Assembly (NCBI GenBank): GCA_021613535.1
Contig: CP075494.1
Span: 6,634,001 to 6,698,000 of the forward strand
DNA length: 64,000 bases
Direction of reading: 5' to 3'
Origin: Adineta vaga
Lineage: Eukaryota > Animalia > Rotifera
The notes under the pieces: model-generated
Told to the model about the DNA's origin: nothing
Seen by the model: only the letters and a program-made list of their open reading frames with translations
Databases searched by the model: none
Made by a program: the position numbers and the translations under genes
Shown: piece after piece, positions 15,401 through 29,922 of the stretch
Numbering within the stretch: the stretch's first letter is position 1
Layout: the number at the start of each line of letters is the position of its first letter

Positions 15401-15586
15401 TCTACTATCTATCTGAACAGTAAATATTTTTGTCAATCATATATAAAGCATCATAATGAGCATCTAAAGAAACAACTATATAAACACGCAACAAATTCTA
15501 CAGTGACAATCACCGGAGCTGTTTCGGAACAAACGATAATTTTGAGTTACTGGATTGTACTTCGTCGATCTCTTTTTCCATTTGAT

Positions 15587-18500
15587 TTAATCATATTCTT
15601 CGAGTGGAACTATTTTTCGTTCTTTATTAATTCGTCCACCTAAACATTCTTGGAAGAACTGACGTTGATAATGAAGAAAATCATTGTAGATAATTGGATC
15701 TTCTTCCAAATAATGTTTGACATCCGGATAAACCTTTCAATTTATATAAAAACAATAAAGAATATTTGATTCAATGAAGAAGTTTTAGATTATACTTTAA
15801 AATTAAAATTTACACGATTGTCAGTTAATTTTTTTGCTAATGTCGCTGAATGTTTAAAATGTACAATTTCTAAAAGTATAAGAATTATTTGGAATATATT
15901 CAGTCTATCGTAGTACTTTACCATCTGCTGTTCCATGAACAAATGCTATACTTTTATTATGATTATTCATTTGAAGAGACTGAAAAATAAATAATAAAAC
16001 AAATGATTTTTATTTTCATTTTCTTACTGATTTCATGCCACCATTTAACCCTATAATATGTTCACTGAAAGGTGCATCTAGAAAATAGAAACTAACATTA
16101 TATCAAATATAAATTTGAAGAATTGAAATTTACAGTAATGCGATAAATCATACACCGGTGATTGAAGAAATGCACAGATATATTCATCTTTATTTTTATT
16201 ATTTCCTTCTAATAATTTCAAAGCAATAACAGCAGCTGATCCCTAAAGAAGATTCAGAGGAATATGTACGGTCGAACGTAACAAAGAAGTAGAGTATTTC
16301 TAAAATCACTACATTCTAATCTTACCCGTGCTCGAAGTCCAAATTTTATATTATTCAATGTTTCATTAAATTTTTTCTCGTGCCATTTTAAATGTCTACA
16401 TAAAATTTCAAAAATAATATTTTGTTTTATAACTCTTTATTATTTTACTGTGCAACTTTCATATAATCTTGATATTGTCGTGTTAACCAATGTTGAGAAT
16501 TCGATTTCAAATAACTCTCATCTTGTCCTGTACTACCATGTGCATCAAATATGACGATGGTCAAATTATTTTCCATAACTTGAATATAACTACGTACAAA
16601 AAATAACAAAATAAGTCTTGTACGAAAAATTAGAATTACTCGGCTAAAGGTAAAATGTATTTTTTTGTTACACGTTGATCATATAATCGGTCATTTCTAC
16701 AAATTAAAATAATACAAATATTGATGAATTTGATATTTTCTAAAACATCCTACATTGATATGATTACTGGATATGATGCAATCGTTTTATTGGCATTGTA
16801 ATTTGGAGGTAAAATAATCATACCATTGCCAACAACTATTTGAAATGAAATATAAAATAGATTTGACGAAAAATGAAGACAGGAGTGAAGAAGATCGATA
16901 ACGGACATGATTATTCTTCTTACTTGAATTTTTTTCGTCCAATGGTACTGTAAAATATTCAATGGAAGGCATCAAACGATTGCTTGTCCATTCTCGAAAC
17001 GGTTCATTGGAATTAATGAGCACTAAAAAAAGTAGAATAATGTTTCATTCCTCACTTCATTTATTAATTCTTTTTATAATTACTAAGTTTATCCGTTCGA
17101 TTGTATAATGCAGAATATGGAATGGATGGTCCAAGACATTCTAATATATAATAACTACCTTTACCAGAACTGAATTGAGCATTAACATATCCACATGATT
17201 CATTACATGATAAACATTCAATCTCTGATACTGAATCCGTATGAGTCCATCTATGTGTTTTTTTTCAATGAAAATTTCATTTTAAATTAAAACTAGCAAA
17301 GTCATTTTACCGATAAAGTTGTTTTTCTAATGAATTCATTTGATGGGAACCTGTAAAATAAACTCGATTGAAATTATCTACATGAACGATTTCATCTGCA
17401 TTGATATTTCCAGCAGATTTTGCATCAATTTGTGGACGCTAGAAGATTCAAACGAATCAATTTTAAATCATTCTCAATCTCTAACTTACAGATTGATTCA
17501 AATGTATTCGTACAACACGTGGAAATGCTTTTTGACTTGAGTTTTCATTCAATAAAGGATCAAAGCGAATTATATAAGCATATATTCGAGATGGTGAAAA
17601 AAATGGTTTTAAAAAACGCGCTAAGAGAAATCCTCGGCTTGTTTCTTCAATAAATTTTGCTTTCAAACTAATTATATCATGAGCAATTTCATAGAATTGA
17701 ATTGTACTTGAATTTTGCATACGATTTCCATAGACAACTGCAAAACATGTATCACAATACCAAACAATATGATAAATGTACACATCAGATATTTTTCTAA
17801 GAATATTTCAAATAGATTCGATGAAAAAGATATCGAAAATAATCTTACAATTTATCATTCTCAATTGGTCGTGGTACATGAATTGTTCTCTTCGTTCTAG
17901 TATTGAAAATAGAAACGTCAAGTGCTGGCATTGGATCATTATATTTTGGATAGGGTATCGAATAGAGATCATTATTATCTAAGGTGAAATCATATTTTAG
18001 ATAGAAATTTTTTGGTACACTGGTAAGATTGATTTTAATAAATGCTAAATAACGATCCGTAGGTGACCAGAAGAGAAGAACATTTCGATTGAAAATTTCA
18101 TCTAATGAGAAAAACAAAACAGAGCAGTTTTCAAGATTGAAAAGTTAAATTCTTACATTCATATATCCATTCAACAAGACCATTATGAACAGTACTTCGA
18201 TTACCATCAAATGTCACTCGATAACTTGATTTTCTTGTCACATTATATACAAAAACATCAAAATTATGAATAAAAGCCTAGAAGAATAAATCTTTCATTT
18301 TTCTTTCAGTCTTCAAAAGTTCTATAACTTACAAATAAATTATCTGAATGAGAATATAGAACAGCTGATAATGGTCTTCTCACGTTATTAGTCATTAGTA
18401 TCGAAGCAATTATTTTCGATTTTTCATATATATCATATTGAAATTCTGTATAATATGAAGAAGTCTAAAGCAAATAAAATGGATATTTGAATTTCATTTT

Positions 18501-19173
18501 TACATTCAATTACTTTTTCTTTTTTAATTGGAATAAGTACATATCGTGTTGATGGAGAAACAATTCCATATTCCATACTTTCTTGTCGAATGAAATCACT
18601 TTTAAATAATATTTCTTTATCAAGTGTATCACAATCGTAGATCCATATGGAACCATATGTATCTGTATATGAAAAATATCTATCCGATATCCATGTTCCA
18701 TTCCAACTAAATTACAAAAATTTCATAATAGGAAGATTTCACATGGAAGATTTTACGCTTTCGGTGCTTTAACATTGAACACATCTTGTTCAGTAATTGA
18801 AAGAAATTGATTATCAATAAGAATTTGTTCTAGATGAAGAAAAATTTCAAATCATTTATTAAATAAGTAAATAAATTCATCTTACGAGTGGTTGTTAAAA
18901 AAATTGCTGCAGTAATGAAGAGGCAAATAATTGTAATAACAATAAATGCTATACCTAAACCTTTCCAATTTTGTTTTTTAGTTGTACCACCAACCAATTC
19001 CTAGACAGAAAAAAATCAACAATATGTATCGATTTATTGATTTAGTATTTCCGGAATATTCGAGAAAAACAACTCACCACACAGAAAGAACAAAATTCTA
19101 CAAATTTCTTTTGTTCTTCTTCTTCATTTTCGTCTTGAGTTTTTGCTGATAACATCGATATTTTTCTCATCAT
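15587..19173 (-). CDS. Catalytically inactive DPP6/DPP10-like type II membrane protein (DPP4 family, many exons)
   Basis: ELVGGTTKKQNWKGLGIAFIVITIICLFITAAIFLT matches the DPP6/10 juxtamembrane and TM segment. Propeller motifs: WSPTDRYLAF, IPYPKY, YILECLGPSIP. Hydrolase motifs: HGTAD, YPDVKH. GWSYGG is replaced by AR|GSAA. Stop TAA 15587-15589. Confidence 0.88.
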
Positions 19174-21606
19174 TTCAGACGTTTCTATATCTATTTCACC
19201 TAACAGAATAAATTACTTTTCCGCTTGTCTTATATGATTTCTGATGATATTACAAATGAAGTGTCGAATGATATCAGAGATAATTAACGATCGTTTTGTC
19301 TCAAGCTATTTAACTGTTACCATCATTATTATAAAGTCTTTAGCAGATGAAAATATTATCCAATAATACCAGTTATTTTATTGTTACTCACTTCAAAAAA
19401 AATTGAATTTCTTATCGATGACATAGATAAATGATAAATTTTGTGTATAACAATTTTCAATCACTTCTCTTGTAACTCGTAATAATTGATAATGAAATGA
19501 ATGCTTCATTTATTCGAATAATAAGCTAACTGACAAAGAAATAATTTTCCTCTCATTTTGTATTCGATGTATATTAACAAATCCTTTCTCATCTTTGTTA
19601 TGGATAAAACATGATTGTTTCGGCTCTATTCAATACTTCATAAACGCAAATAAAAATGAGATCTAATTAATGTTCGATTTATTGTATCGATTTTTACTGT
19701 CGAAAGATAAGTGTGCGTACTTGACATTGATAAGAACAGATGTATACTCTCTCTGTTTCTCATAATGAAAAAACTTGTTTAATTAAAACTACCTTTATAT
19801 ATCTGGTTGTTTTTTGATGACGTAAATTATGTAAAACAGAAATCATTGTTAGAATTTCCAAGAAGAGAATGATTTATTTCTATCTCAACTGTCTAACTGT
19901 CTTTTCAATAAAATGACAAGCACTTATAAGAAAAAATTTTAATTATTCACTCACTGTCATCATGCATACACCGAATAGAAAACCACGGATACAGTCGGCC
20001 ATTTTTTGTATAAAAAAACTAGTCTATTACTTGGATATGAAGTTTCGAAAAAGCAACTTATCGATGTTAATATATATGCAACATATAATTGCATTTATTG
20101 AAACAAAAAAAAAGAAAATAAGGCAAACAACGACATATTGTTTCCATTATTAGAATGATTTAGAAAAACTATCGCTAAAAAAGTATGTCTTGATGAATAA
20201 TCCATTATTCACAAAAAGCTTACCCTCATTAGGAACTTAAATTATTAAACGATAAAGTCGAGAAATGAGTTTTTCATAAAAAGAAAGCTTTATCACATCT
20301 GACTATGTCAATGTTAATCAACTGTCACTGTTTTTTTCCAATTTTATGAAATATGAAAACAGATTTACTAGTGATTATGTTATGAATAATTTCAAACAAA
20401 ACATATTTCACTGTTAAGACAGACGGACAATAAAAACTGTTACAATTGAATGTTTAATTATCAATAGAAGAGTTTCACAAAACTATAGTTGCGATCACTA
20501 AGAGGCAAAAAGATTTTATTTCTCAAATGCATTCTTGTTGAAGTCGTGTTGAGATTGCTTTCATTTTTCTTAAAATAATTTCATTTATATGTAGTTGTCA
20601 TAGTTTTGTTGCATAAAAATGGTAGTAGGAAACATTCATTCTGTAATGACAATAGAAATTATGTACACATTCAAGTAGATTGTTTACTTTACATAAATCA
20701 TCACACATGACGATAGAATGGCACTCACAACATGCCAGATAGTACAAATATTTCCTTATAATTTGTTTATTATCTTTAGCGATTAGTGTGATATACTACT
20801 TAAAAATAAAAGTGGAAAGTAAAAACAAGAACAAGATCTCCTATATTTCGCGTTCTTTCATTCTGCATTGAATAGTTCTAGTTGTGAATGATATCACGAA
20901 ATCCTCTAATTCAATATATTCAAATTAATCTTGTCACAAAATATCTATTAAATTCTGATTGTACTCTCGTCAAATATTTCCTGATGATTGAACGTTGAAT
21001 TATATAATGTAATTAGCAAAAAATTAAGAACAATTCTCTTTGTTATATATGGACAATAAATAAGTGATTATAAAGATACATCTTCATATGGAAATAGTGA
21101 ATTGAAGAGTGTAAAAGTATACGAATACAAAGGGTAAAAATAATTCCCAGAGTAGATTTTTGTTTATGAAAAATAGAATCTATCTATTTGATTTAACATT
21201 AGTGATTAAAAAGAGTCAAATCTCAATAGTATTAATCAAACATCATACGACCTCTTCTCTTTTTTTTCTTCTCAAATTGAGACTTGATAATCTTTGTTGA
21301 ATGTCTAATCATGCATTATAATATTTGATTCGTCAGATCGTCTTTTCATCTTATCTATCTAATAATAACAATAGATTCAAGAATAAGAATGGTATTAAGA
21401 TCATATTCCATTCTAAACAATAACTCAGGTTCAAATCTAATTTATTCCAAGGTTAGAACAATTTATATCGGAACAAGATAATAACTTATGAAAAGAGTCT
21501 TTTAATATAATCATAGGCAGTTAAATGAACCGAAAAATTATTTATAGACAAAAAAAGATGTTCTATTTTTGATCTACAAATTTATCCTCATCAAATTTTC
21601 CTTTAC

Positions 21607-21645
21607 CTGTTCTGCATAGCTATTCTTGATGACATCGTCATCCAT
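21607..21645 (-). CDS. Candidate distal alternative first exon of the DPP6/10-like gene (MDDDVIKNSYAEQ)
   Basis: ATG plus 12 further codons ending CAG|GTAAAG. The donor is phase 0 and compatible with the phase-0 acceptor at 19000 (ctag|GAA TTG GTT). Confidence 0.55.
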
Positions 21646-23562
21646 CGTTGAAACTTGTTCTAAATTATTAATTGATTGATAATCTTAGCATTCGAATTTC
21701 GAATATGATCATTGATATAAATCTACAGATAGAAAGACACGAATATTTATCATCAATAAAGAGAAAACTAACTACACGAGAGAACTCCTTTAAAGATAGT
21801 CAAATAAACATCTATTTACTCTCGCATTCTATAAGTTAGACAGACACAGAAGATGAGATTGTCTCAAAGGAAATATGAACAAATAGCTAAGAGAACGATG
21901 ATGAGATTTTTTCGGCAACTAAGTTTTCTGTCTTCTTCTCCTTCTTCTTTTTCGTCTTTCTTTTGTTCTATTAGCGACGACGAGTGACGATAATTATTCT
22001 CGGAAGAAAGATCTCATCATCATCATAGTCACGTACATAAAAACATGGAACATCTCATTCGTTTTGATTTTATTTCTATCGTGCAATATTCTTCTATATT
22101 TACAGTACTTGTTTATACTTAACGAATGCTTAAGAAGTCAGAAGAACTATCCATTGAGTAGACATATAATTGATTCCATATCTTTTTTTCTCATCTGACA
22201 TATATTGATAAGAGCAACAAAATAACGTGGCTAGCAAAAATCCATAAATAACAAATCGAGAAAGTTCACGGTGAGTATATGTTACGATTGACTTAGAAAT
22301 GATTTAGAAAGTTTCGAAAAAATTGATATAAATGACTACTGATCATACTATCAAAAATCTATCTTTACTACATCCTTGTTTTGTTTAGTAACGATACGAT
22401 CTTTTAACTATAAATGAAAAAACAAAATTTGCAAAATAAGAGAAAAATCAATGAAGAGAAATTTTTCAAGACCACTCAACCAAGCGATAGAAAAGTAACT
22501 TCATCACTTATCGACTAGAAAGTTAATATATGTCGGAGCGCGGGATCATGTACTTCACTACATACATGAAATGATCGTATTCTCGTTGTCTATTTATATT
22601 AATAATGATACATTCCAATACTAAACGCAGATTATATGTCTGCTACCATTTATTTGATATAGAACATATCTTCGGATAGTGATAAGTTTATCGATGGAAT
22701 CTCACAAGGGAACATGTTTTTCTCCGTTCTATCATTTATGATCAGACATACTACTAGTAGATAGATTCGATCGATATCGAAGCTATCATGATCGAACTGA
22801 TCTATGTCATAATAAGCAATAAAAATGCAAATTACGAAGAAATAATTCAATTCAATTAAGGCTTATTTTCAAAAAGTCATTCTAGATAATGAAACTTTCG
22901 CAAGTATTACACTATCTCAAGACTTCTATATATATATATATATAACTCAACAAATTACTATAATTTTTAACCTTTTGCTTCCAACTGTTCAATTGTTCAA
23001 CTCCTAATGTCTATACGTCGATACTTCAACTATTACGGAGAGTACTCGAAAAGAGTATGTCGAGAACATACGATTTGAATGAGTATGGCGCATGAGAATA
23101 AAGATCGTATCCGCGCGCCGATGAATTGGTTGAAAACTAATAAATAATATATACCAAGACTCAACAGTTGCTTTGTCGGCAGAAGGTTGAATGTATGTAG
23201 CAATATCTACACTATCGATTGTAACGGACTAGACAAGTGATAACTCAATTATGAAATATGTTTAGTATCGCTATACAACAACAATAATCATATTTACGGA
23301 ACTTTTCTCTCTACTGTTTCTGATCTCTTATTTACAACATACGAACTTAATGCACCCATTCTAAACTCAGTCAAATACAAATCAAATAGATCGTTGATCA
23401 CTGTGAATCGTTTGTTCTCAATTGAAATAAAGAAAAATGTCTCAGCCATATTGGATTGGAGTAATAATTATCAAGACATTTTTGTCGATGAATACTTACA
23501 TATAATTATGATTCTATAATATGTGCGATATGCCAACAGACGTTCGAGTTAATAAAAGATTT

Positions 23563-23589
23563 ATATATGTATATATATATATATATATA
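23563..23589. repeat. Interrupted (TA)n microsatellite in the Tdc 3' flank
   Basis: Read directly from the sequence. Confidence 0.8.
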
Positions 23590-23816
23590 AAGAACCAAAA
23601 AATACGACTTATTTTATTATATACGATAAAAACATTGAATAATTACGACAAATACAAAACAGACAATATAGAAAATAGATATATATAATATATATTCATT
23701 TGACACACAACATATAGATGAATAAGATAAACGAGCGAGATCACCGTACAATCCATTCACCAAATAAAACAAATCTCACTCTACTTGTCAATACATACAC
23801 ATATGACTGGAATAGT

Positions 23817-26800
23817 TTATTGTCTGTCATCGATTTCTCCTTCATCGGAATTAACCGTTTCCAAAATACTTACTGTACGAGATAAATATTTTTCACTTGA
23901 TGATCGTGTTGCATGATTACCCGAATCACTTTGAATTCGTTTACGTGCACGAGGTGTTGCCAAAGAGGACTGTCGGGCTAATTGAGAGGTAGTTCGTTTA
24001 GGATAATATAATTTAGCATCAGAAACCATGCGAACAAACATTGGACGTGGACGTTTATCTTTCAATAGATTTGACACTGGTTTTTCAAATGTTACACGAT
24101 GATGTGGAGTCATTGTTGTTATTGTATTAGCCTAAAATAAACAAATATCTCGTTTTTTTCTTCAAATACATGAATCGATGTTTATTTACTCGAGCTTTTG
24201 TCGGTGAACAAGTCATTGGAGCAACTGGTGTTTCTGCCAATGCTTCAGGATCAACGGTTTCTTCTGATACAGCTGTATCATGTTCAGTATTATTCATTGC
24301 TACAGTTTGTTTTGCATTTAAATCAAGTGAATCATTTGATGATGATTGTCGTCCACTATGTTGTGCACGATATTCTGCTAGAACATCATCAGCATGTTCT
24401 TGAATGATACGAAATGCAACATGCATATCATCATTATTTGCATATTTAGCACAAACAGCAAAACGAATGATATAAATATCATTAACCATCGATGGAACCA
24501 TGTGAATACAACCCGAATCATTCAGTGATAAGAGTAATTTTTGACTTAATTTATTACTACCCTAGAATTGATAGAAGTTATGGAAAGGGCTATGGAAAAT
24601 ACAATCGATCTATGGTTACTTTTAGACGAAAACAAACAAGACCTAATGTAACATCGCCGATAATTTCAAAACGATTATCAGTAGTGATTAACGAAGCAAA
24701 AACTTTGGCTAAACGACAATGCTAAAAAGAAATCAAGTTGAAATCTAGGATTTCATCAACGATAAAATGCAATACTTCTCGAACATAATGACGAAGACCT
24801 TCAATACCATAACTACGAATCGTAAACCAAAGTTTAAGTGAACGAAATCGACGACTTAATGCAACACCCCAATGCTATATTCACAAAATATTCAGTCAAT
24901 TTTCTTCAAAACTAATGAATTGACTTACACGATAATCTACTGCTTTTTGTGCATGTTTATGTTGCAGATAGAGTGGATCAACAGACATGGCATTGATCAA
25001 TGCAAATTTATCTCGAACCCTTCAATCACAGAAACGAAAGACTTAATTAGTAGTAAAAATAAAGTTTTAATACGTACCAAAAACATGAACAATCAAAGTT
25101 CATTAATAACCATTTATTTGGATTGGTATTAAAAGAATCCGCATACTAAAATAAGATAATAAGTATCTATTGAAGTAATCAATTGAAATTCTTACTTGTA
25201 AACCTTTCATAATATATCGATGTTCTTCGCAAAGAAAAGCACTACCAGCGTAGGCACCATCAACATGAAACCAGAGTTTCTCACGTTGACAAATTTCGCC
25301 AATCTCTTCTAAATTATCATATGAACAACATGAAGTTGTTCCCAAGGTGCCCGAAACCTAATTGATAGAAATAATTTCAAATTTTGATTTTAATTTTAAA
25401 TGAAGAATAACAGACCAAGAATGGAATTAATCCTTTTTCTTTATCAGCTCGAATACATTCTTCTAATGTTTTACCGCGTAAAGAAAAATGCTCATCCACA
25501 GCCAGTTGTCTTACACGAACCATAGCGATTAAACCTGCTTTTTCGACACATGAATGTGCCTAAAAAAAAGAGACAATAATGTCTTTTCACAATAGTATTC
25601 TTTTAAAAATGATACCAGTTTTGATGTATAACAAACTAATCGAGCTAAAATTTGACCATCTTCCATCAGTGGATCAGCTAGACGTTTGCTAGTGATTTTC
25701 TTTGTACGTGCAGCTAACATTGCAACAAGAATACATTCACTTGCAGAACCCTATAAAAACAAAATCGTTATGTATGACACCATACAACCCATAATTTTAG
25801 CGTCCGTTAGAATGTATTCAAAATCTAATCGTGTAAAAAAGAAAAAAATGACAATTTATACGTTATGATATTCTTCTATTTAATGAAAAGACTCTTTCCT
25901 GCTCCGATAACTAACAAATCAAAGTAAATTGTCATTAAAGACACAATTTATCTAGTTATTAGAAGAAACCTAGAGTAATCATCTGTCGAGACAAAGACAG
26001 AACTTATGAATGGTATCAGCTTTTCTTACGAGTAAAACACCACCACCAATATGTGGCGTTTGTTTTCGTTCATGATTATTATTTCCATTACTAATTGCTC
26101 CATGTGAATTATCTTCACTTGATTCTTCATCACTTTCAAGTAATGATTCTTCTTCTTCTTCCTCTTCATCGTCACTATCTTTATTATCACGATTTGGATC
26201 AAATGGAAGAAAATCAACAGGTAATGCCATCATCCGACCTAGCAGAAAAAACAAATGATCATTGTTATTATTTTAGTCTCAATCTGTTGTGTTTCATTAT
26301 CTACCGATCCAATCGAGCATAATTGTTTCTAATTCCGTACAAGCTGGACTTGCTGCCCAAGAAAAACCTACAATTCCAAGACCAGCTGAAAGCATCTCAC
26401 CCAATATAGATGGATAACTATTTCCAGCGGGGAAATAAGCATGAAAACGTGGATGTTGCCAATGTGTTATTCCAGGCATAATAGCACCTTCAACATCTTT
26501 CATAATATCATCCCATTTTTCACCTTTTTCTGGTGCATTCTTAGGTAACATTGGTCGTAAATAACCTGGTTCAACTTCTGGCGTTACTCGACGCTCACTA
26601 ACAAAAGTTTATTAACTATCAGTTTCTGTTGAATTTTTCCTAAATTTTAACTTTACCTTATGTTTTTCAGATAATCAGCAATATAATCAATCATTTCTTT
26701 TCCTCGACGACGAAATTCAGCATCATCCATGCCCGGTATAGATGTTGTAGATTCTTGATACAGTGCGGATAGATTTTTCGAAAGATCAGCATGTTTTTCT

Positions 26801-27310
26801 TTGATAGAACTATTTGAAAATAGAAGAAAACGATGAATTTCTTGAATAAAATTAGACAAAACAAACGATTTTCTACTAAAACATCGTCGTGGTAGAGGAA
26901 TCTGTTGATGATCATGATAGGAGAGAGAAAGTGTAACTTGTGTAACTTCAATCATCTTGTTTATTCTGATAAATGAGATAGAAAATATTGGTTCTTTTTT
27001 TTGTTCGTTAACCATTAACAGATTTTTACTCATCTGGATTTCACTTTTATCTCATTAGATGAATTCTAGTTCAAACCATCATATCTTACTTTTCACGTTT
27101 AGGTATATCATTTGTTTTAATCGATATTTGTCGATTTTCTCGAGTAGTAGTATGCCGTTGTTCGCTCGGTGTCTGAACTATTCGATCTAAGAGTGTTGAT
27201 AATGGTAATAAGGAACCTGTGTCAGGTACAGAAGAAGATGAAGTTGATGCTGAATTTGGATGAAATAAATTCGATAATTTATTATAAAATGATCCGAAGC
27301 TTTTATCCAT
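23817..27310 (-). CDS. Tdc: Tyrosine decarboxylase (PLP-dependent group II decarboxylase), multi-exon
   Basis: [13 protein letters not shown]...[12 protein letters not shown]...[17 protein letters not shown]...[13 protein letters not shown]; AHSCVEKAG; HVDGAYAG; PLP-lysine motif NPNKW (TDC type, versus NPHKW in DDC); C-terminal FVRMVSD motif as in Tdc2/TDC-1. Whether the upstream exon 27310-27090 is coding is less certain. Confidence 0.9.
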
Positions 27311-28060
27311 GTCGATGAATCAATCTAATGTTGACTGGATTTCTTCTTCGATGTCGTTTTTCTCGCTTCTGCGTCGTTCATCAAACATCCTGACTAAGTA
27401 AGAAACAACTCAAGTTTTTCTCTCTTATGCACTCTTTTATCGTATGCTTGCTCACATACTTGAACACTTCTTTCTTATGACAACAATGAAATGATGGTTT
27501 AAAGAGAGAAATAGAGACGTAAGAAAGAGAAAACCGATTAAAATTCATAGTTATTTTCCTCTCCAATCATTTTGCCACGTCAATTAAATGAAGATTTCAA
27601 ATAATAAGGTAAATACGTGTTGTTTTCAATCGAGAAAGAGAGAGAATCATTAGTTTAGCAGTCGGTAAACGACGTTGTGGTGAATAAATATAGTCAACTT
27701 CTATCAAATATACACGATGGATAATATTAGGTCGGAAGTTTTGCTTTATTTGTTCAAGAACTTTAACGCCCACCATATATGAAAGATGTTCTGCTTGCTT
27801 TTATAGATTTGTATGGCATTTCTTCATTGCTTCTTAAACGAACAACTTCCTGTGTATGTGTGTATTGTCTAATACGGAAATAACTTGTTCAATCGATTAA
27901 AAACTGACGTGAGAAAAAAGCCGAAAACAACAATGCCTATCAAATCACATCTTCTATCGCCTTTTTATTATTATTATTAAGAAACAAAAGAAAAACAAGA
28001 AATCATCAAAGAAACAACGTAGTATGTTATCTATATACAATATGTCGGGTTAGTTATTGA

Positions 28061-28756
28061 TCAAGGTTTAAATAAACTCATGGAATTTTGTCTGCGTTTT
28101 TGTCGAGCAAATGCATACATTAATTCGAATACTGATGATGGTGAAAACGATGTTTTTGTTTCATTATTTGATGGTAAACCCATTGATTTCGTATCATCAC
28201 ATGTCGTAACTGTTGGTAGAACACTTTCTTCTGTTTGTGGTAAAAGTCTAGAATAGATTTTTGAAAGCGTTAAAACAACAAATGAAAAAAAGAGAATATA
28301 CTTGAATATTTTATTATTATCTAAAAATTGTCGTGGATCATTGATATCTATTCGAGCTGAATTATCTTTGATATCAGAAAAGATTTTAGCATTGTATAAT
28401 GATTGAAGAATTGATATTGCTTGTGTTCTTATTACATAAAATAATAGTCATTTCTAGTTTCTTAAATAAATTTCAGTCTTACCGTGTAACCGACGAACCA
28501 TTTTCACTGCCCGACGCTTGCTGTTGTAAGATTTCAAGCATACATGTAATAGCATCTGATGATGAAAAACAATTTTGATATGTTTTGAAGAAGTGACGTT
28601 TCTTTTTTAATTTAATTGATGATCGAAAGTTTTGAACAAGATTATTCCACTAAAAACAAGATTAAATGACGATTTTCAATCGATATTTATATGAAAAAGA
28701 AGAAAATATACCATTCTTGTTGCTCGAAATTGAGGTGTTCTAGGTTTCTCATACAT
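28061..28756 (-). CDS. DEP-domain-only protein, DEPDC1/DEPDC7/LET-99-like (174 aa, 4 exons)
   Basis: Exons 28756-28712, 28649-28483, 28427-28302 and 28247-28061 total 525 nt in frame. Translation: PQFRATRMWNNLVQNFRSSIKLKKKRHFFKTYQNCFSSSDAI...VTRTQAISILQSL...IFSDIK...DNNKIFKL. Confidence 0.82.
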
Positions 28757-29922
28757 AATTATTATTTCAATATAACAAACAGAAACAGATGATATTGACT
28801 TTTCTTCTACACGACACGATCTTTTACACGAAACGAACGAACGAACGAACAAAGACGCGCGTTTTGTCCGTTTACTGTATAGACCAGTCATTTTATTGAA
28901 CATATGAGGTCGCTATGTACACTCACTAATCATTGATCTTAGAAAAGTCTTGATTGCTTTTGAAGTTGATACTTATTAGAATTGAATAGACGTGTATTGT
29001 TCGTTTTAAATTTATTCCCTCAATGAACTTTTATCAACACTAGTACTTCAACTAATCTTATTCAATAGTATGATTTAAAGGCATAATACAACAATGAACT
29101 ATGCCTTTGTCTTTAATAAAAGAAAGAATGAACTCGATACCATTTGATCATCACTCGTAATCTATCGAATATGTATTGAAAAGTTGTTCTTTTCTATCAT
29201 TCAGATTCTCACAATAATTATTCCCAACATAAAGTCAGCCTGGAATGTCCTATAAAAAATGTACTTAATATTATGTCCTTGGAAAAATAGCCTTGAAAAT
29301 CGTCTTTCATTTGAAAAAAATATTTATTTTAGTTCAACACATCTTATCTTCACTTTGACAAAATCTAGTTCGAATCTAAATTTCTTTCTCTATTACAATG
29401 AAAACGAAGTTGAATTCTATCTGATAAATTCAAGTAGATGTATAAAAGAATCATATCAGCAAAGATTTCTTTCAAGGATATCCAAGAGTATTACTATACC
29501 ATCATATATAGGAAAAGATTCAAGTTTAGTTGAATGAATTCATTTAATTTATTTGAATTTACTAATTACACATCAATACGCGAGAGAAAAAACAATCTAC
29601 GAACTTGATTTTATACCTAGCACGTTACATATCTACTTAAATGAATACGAAACACGAATACTACCAACAACAACAATAAGTATTAAAATGAGTAACAACA
29701 AAAAGAAAAAGCAACTTTCCTTGATTTAGAAATATTTGAAGAAGAGCAACGAAAAAAAAAACAAACAGTAATAATGACCAGAAGTTATTAAAAGAGGAAT
29801 GTCTTTGATTTTGAATTTATTGAACACAACCAAAAAATCGAAGTCGATGAATTGTTTGTGAACAACAAAAGCGGATGATTTTTCGGTAAGGAAATGAGTA
29901 TGAACTTTTTCGATATTTGCTA

